From: a virus
Lineage: Duplodnaviria; Caudoviricetes
Direction: 5' to 3' (one strand)
Length of the DNA: 28,985 nucleotides
Virus record (IMG/VR): IMGVR_UViG_3300026863_000004
Location: 1-28,985 of that record
The translations under genes were made by a program, and so were the position numbers. Under the pieces are notes generated by a model, which was not told the DNA's origin, made no database searches, and was given only the letters and a program-made list of their open reading frames with translations. Positions 26,406 through 28,985 of the stretch are shown here, piece by piece. The first letter of the stretch is position 1, and every line of letters begins with the position of its first letter.

Positions 26406-26418
26406 TATCCGGGGCGGC

Positions 26419-27528
26419 ATGATCGCCAAGGACGATGATGGAACCGCGGGTGCACCGGTTGGCGCCGGCCGTCTGCTGGCCGATGCCGCGCGCGGCGCGC
26501 AGGGCGGGCGGAAGCGGCTGGCGGTCCTTGTCGACCTGTTCCTGCCGGAGAGCATGCGGCTCACCGATTATCAGCGCGTCACCGTCAAGCGCTTCATCAT
26601 CCGGCTGGTCGGCTCGGTCGAGCACGACCTTCGCGAACGGTTGATCACGACGCACGGTTCGCGGTTCACCCCCGAAATCATCGCCGCATTGGGCAGTGCG
26701 CGCGTGCCGATCGCCTTGCCGCTGCTCCAGCGTGCCCGTGCGCTCCACGATGTCGAACTGGTCTCGCTGCTGCTCGCGCGGGTCGAGGAACAGCGATTGT
26801 CCGAAACGCTGCGCCGCAACGGCGACGGCGGCCGGCTGATCGAAGCGCTGCTGGCCGATCCCGACGAAGCCGTCTCCGCGGCGGCGATGGCGATGCTGAT
26901 CGCGGAAAGCCGTCGTCATTTCCTGTTCGAGGAACCCGTGCTCGCGCGCACCGATCTGCCCGCCGACATGCAATATCGGCTGGTCTGGTGGGTTGCCGCC
27001 GCGCTGCGCGAATATCTGACGCGTCAGCATGGCGCCGATCATGGCGTGGCCGATTCCGCGTTGATGGATGCTGCGTCGGCAAGCCTTTCCGGTCATGACG
27101 AGGGCGAGACGCTCGAGTCCGCGGCGATGCAGCTGGCCTATGCGCTGGCCGAGCGCGGCCGGCTGGACGACGAACTGCTTCGGACGGCGTGTGAGGAGGG
27201 GCGACTTTCCTTGTTCGTTGCGGCACTTGCGGTGCGTGGTGGACTCGATTTCGAGGCCGCGCGCGGCATGGCGCTGCCGCCGTTCGGCGAAAGGTTGATC
27301 GTCCTGCTGCGCGCGCTCGACGTCCGTCGCGAATCGGCCGGCGCGGTCGCCCTTGCGCTGAGCGTCGACGATGCCGAACTCGTCGAGCAGATGACCGCCT
27401 ATGACAGCCTGACGCGCAGCCGCGCGGTCGAACTCATCCAGCCCTGGCAGGTCGACAGCGGGTATCGCACCGCCATCGCCGCGCTTTCGGCCGGGCTGGC
27501 CGAACGCGGCGATGGGTGGGCGGCATGA
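26419..27528 (+). CDS. Host DUF2336-family protein
   Basis: 369 aa helical Ala/Leu-rich protein, DLPAD...LVWWVAAALR motif; operon with kinase. Confidence 0.7.
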   Translation: MIAKDDDGTAGAPVGAGRLLADAARGAQGGRKRLAVLVDLFLPESMRLTDYQRVTVKRFIIRLVGSVEHDLRERLITTHGSRFTPEIIAALGSARVPIALPLLQRARALHDVELVSLLLARVEEQRLSETLRRNGDGGRLIEALLADPDEAVSAAAMAMLIAESRRHFLFEEPVLARTDLPADMQYRLVWWVAAALREYLTRQHGADHGVADSALMDAASASLSGHDEGETLESAAMQLAYALAERGRLDDELLRTACEEGRLSLFVAALAVRGGLDFEAARGMALPPFGERLIVLLRALDVRRESAGAVALALSVDDAELVEQMTAYDSLTRSRAVELIQPWQVDSGYRTAIAALSAGLAERGDGWAA

Positions 27529-28874
27529 ACGCGATGCCGGTCCATGGCCTGGTCGATCGCAGCGGCCGGCTGGTCGAGGCCGATCCCGCGCTGCTCGGGC
27601 TGCAACTGCGCGCGGGCGGCGAGGCGGGCGGCGCGATCGCGGTGCCGCAGATCGCGGCGCTGGCGCGCCTCGCGCACCGGCTGGGCATCCTGATCTCGCG
27701 CGCGGTGATCGCGGCGGATGGGGAGAATGATATCGACCTGTGGGTGCGCGCGCAGCCCGATGGCAACGACGTCCGGCTGACGATCGGCGGCTGGAGCCAG
27801 CGTCCGGCCCTGCCCACGATCGCCGCACCCGATATCGATCGCGAGACCGATTTCCTGCGCGCTTCCGCCGACTGGCTGTGGGAAGCGGACGAGGCGCTGA
27901 AGATCGTCGCCCTGTCCGCATCCGCGGAGGAGGCGATCGGCGGACCTGCGAGCCGGATGATCGGACAGCCCATCACCCAGCTCGTCAAATTGATCGAGGA
28001 CGAGGAAGGCAATCTGCCGCTGCTCGCCGCCCTTGCCATGCAGGGGCGGCTTGACTGTCAGGAGGCCGAATTGCGCAACGGCAATGGGCGGGTGCGGCTG
28101 AGCGCCGTTCCGATCCATGACGGAGCGGGGCGTTTCATGGGTTTCCGCGGCAATGCAGCATGGCACCGGGTCGCGCCGATCACGCCGGAAGAGCCCCGCA
28201 TCGTCGCCGATGCGTTCGGCGAGCGGCTCGATCGTGCGTTGCGCGAGCCGCTTGCCCGCATCATCGCGCGGGCCGACAGCATCAGCGCGCGCAGCGAAGG
28301 TCCGCTCAGGCGCGACTATGCCGAATATGCCGGCGATATCGGCACTGCCGGGCGGCATCTGCTCGCGCTGGTCGACGATCTCGTCGACCTTCAGGCAATC
28401 GAACGCCCGGATTTCCGGGTCGACGCCGATCCGATCGACCTGGCCGATGTGGCGCGCCGCGCCGCCGGCCTGCTCGCCGTCCGCGCGTCGAGCCGCAATG
28501 TCAGGATCGACAAGCCGGCCGAGGACGAAGCCCTGCCGGCGCGGGGCGACTTCAAACGCGTGTTGCAGATATTGGTCAACCTGATCGGCAATGCGGTGCG
28601 TTACTCGCCCGATGGCGCGATGGTGTGGATCCGCGCCGAACAGGTGGGCGATCGCGCGGTGGTCGTGATCGCGGACCAGGGCAAGGGCATCGATGCCGAA
28701 GATCACGAACGGATCTTCGAGAAGTTCGAACGAGTCGATCAGAGCGAGCCCGGGGGCAGCGGCCTGGGCCTCTATATCGCCCGCAGGCTCGCGCGCGCGA
28801 TGGGCGGCGAAATCGGCGTCGACAGCGCGCCCGGGCAGGGTGCGCGGTTCACCTTCACGCTGCCGACGAGCTGA
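27525..28874 (+). CDS. Host PAS-containing sensor histidine kinase-like protein
   Basis: DWLWEAD PAS-like start; N box QILVNLIGNAVRYS, G1 DQGKGI, F box IFEKFER, G2 GSGLGL; ATGA overlap with DUF2336 gene. Confidence 0.9.
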   Translation: MNAMPVHGLVDRSGRLVEADPALLGLQLRAGGEAGGAIAVPQIAALARLAHRLGILISRAVIAADGENDIDLWVRAQPDGNDVRLTIGGWSQRPALPTIAAPDIDRETDFLRASADWLWEADEALKIVALSASAEEAIGGPASRMIGQPITQLVKLIEDEEGNLPLLAALAMQGRLDCQEAELRNGNGRVRLSAVPIHDGAGRFMGFRGNAAWHRVAPITPEEPRIVADAFGERLDRALREPLARIIARADSISARSEGPLRRDYAEYAGDIGTAGRHLLALVDDLVDLQAIERPDFRVDADPIDLADVARRAAGLLAVRASSRNVRIDKPAEDEALPARGDFKRVLQILVNLIGNAVRYSPDGAMVWIRAEQVGDRAVVVIADQGKGIDAEDHERIFEKFERVDQSEPGGSGLGLYIARRLARAMGGEIGVDSAPGQGARFTFTLPTS

Positions 28875-28938
28875 GCGAGCGGGGCTCGGCACCGTCACCC
28901 GCCATTGCGACGACAGCGGCCCTTCCAACCCTTCATCT

Positions 28939-28964
28939 GTCATCCTCGCGAAAGCGGGGATCCC
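28939..28964. repeat. REP-like palindromic element
   Basis: GTCATCCTCGC-GAAA-GCGGGGATCCC hairpin resembling alphaproteobacterial GTCAT...GAAA... extragenic palindromes; single copy in window. Confidence 0.55.
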
Positions 28965-28985
28965 GCTATTCCGTGAAGCATCCGG

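Overview
Right-hand part of an integrated P22-like (podovirus-type) prophage (1 to ~26400), followed by two host genes (a DUF2336 protein and a sensor histidine-kinase-like protein) that suggest an alphaproteobacterial, probably sphingomonad, chromosome. The + strand carries a complete late operon: terminases, portal, scaffold, coat, a small decoration-like protein, a GT-A glycosyltransferase, adaptor, two fibre proteins, nozzle, a GNAT-like protein, three ejection proteins and a lysis cassette. A - strand accessory operon follows (C5 methyltransferase, NADAR fusion, NUMOD4-HNH, MazG-like protein, small hypotheticals). No integrase is in the window. Most striking observations: (1) a 1022-aa ejection protein whose N-terminal 5/6-residue repeats and C-terminal 11-residue repeats co-vary one-to-one in mirror order; (2) a promoter-driven ~164-nt tRNA-shaped RNA whose anticodon arm is replaced by a 113-nt pseudoknotted domain; (3) a candidate SD-hairpin-TTT_C +1 frameshift fusing an M15 peptidase to an ejection protein; (4) a glycosyltransferase inside the head module; (5) a Pro/Lys peptide coupled to a membrane protein at the head of the lysis cassette. 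All family calls come from motif recognition by eye; no searches were run.
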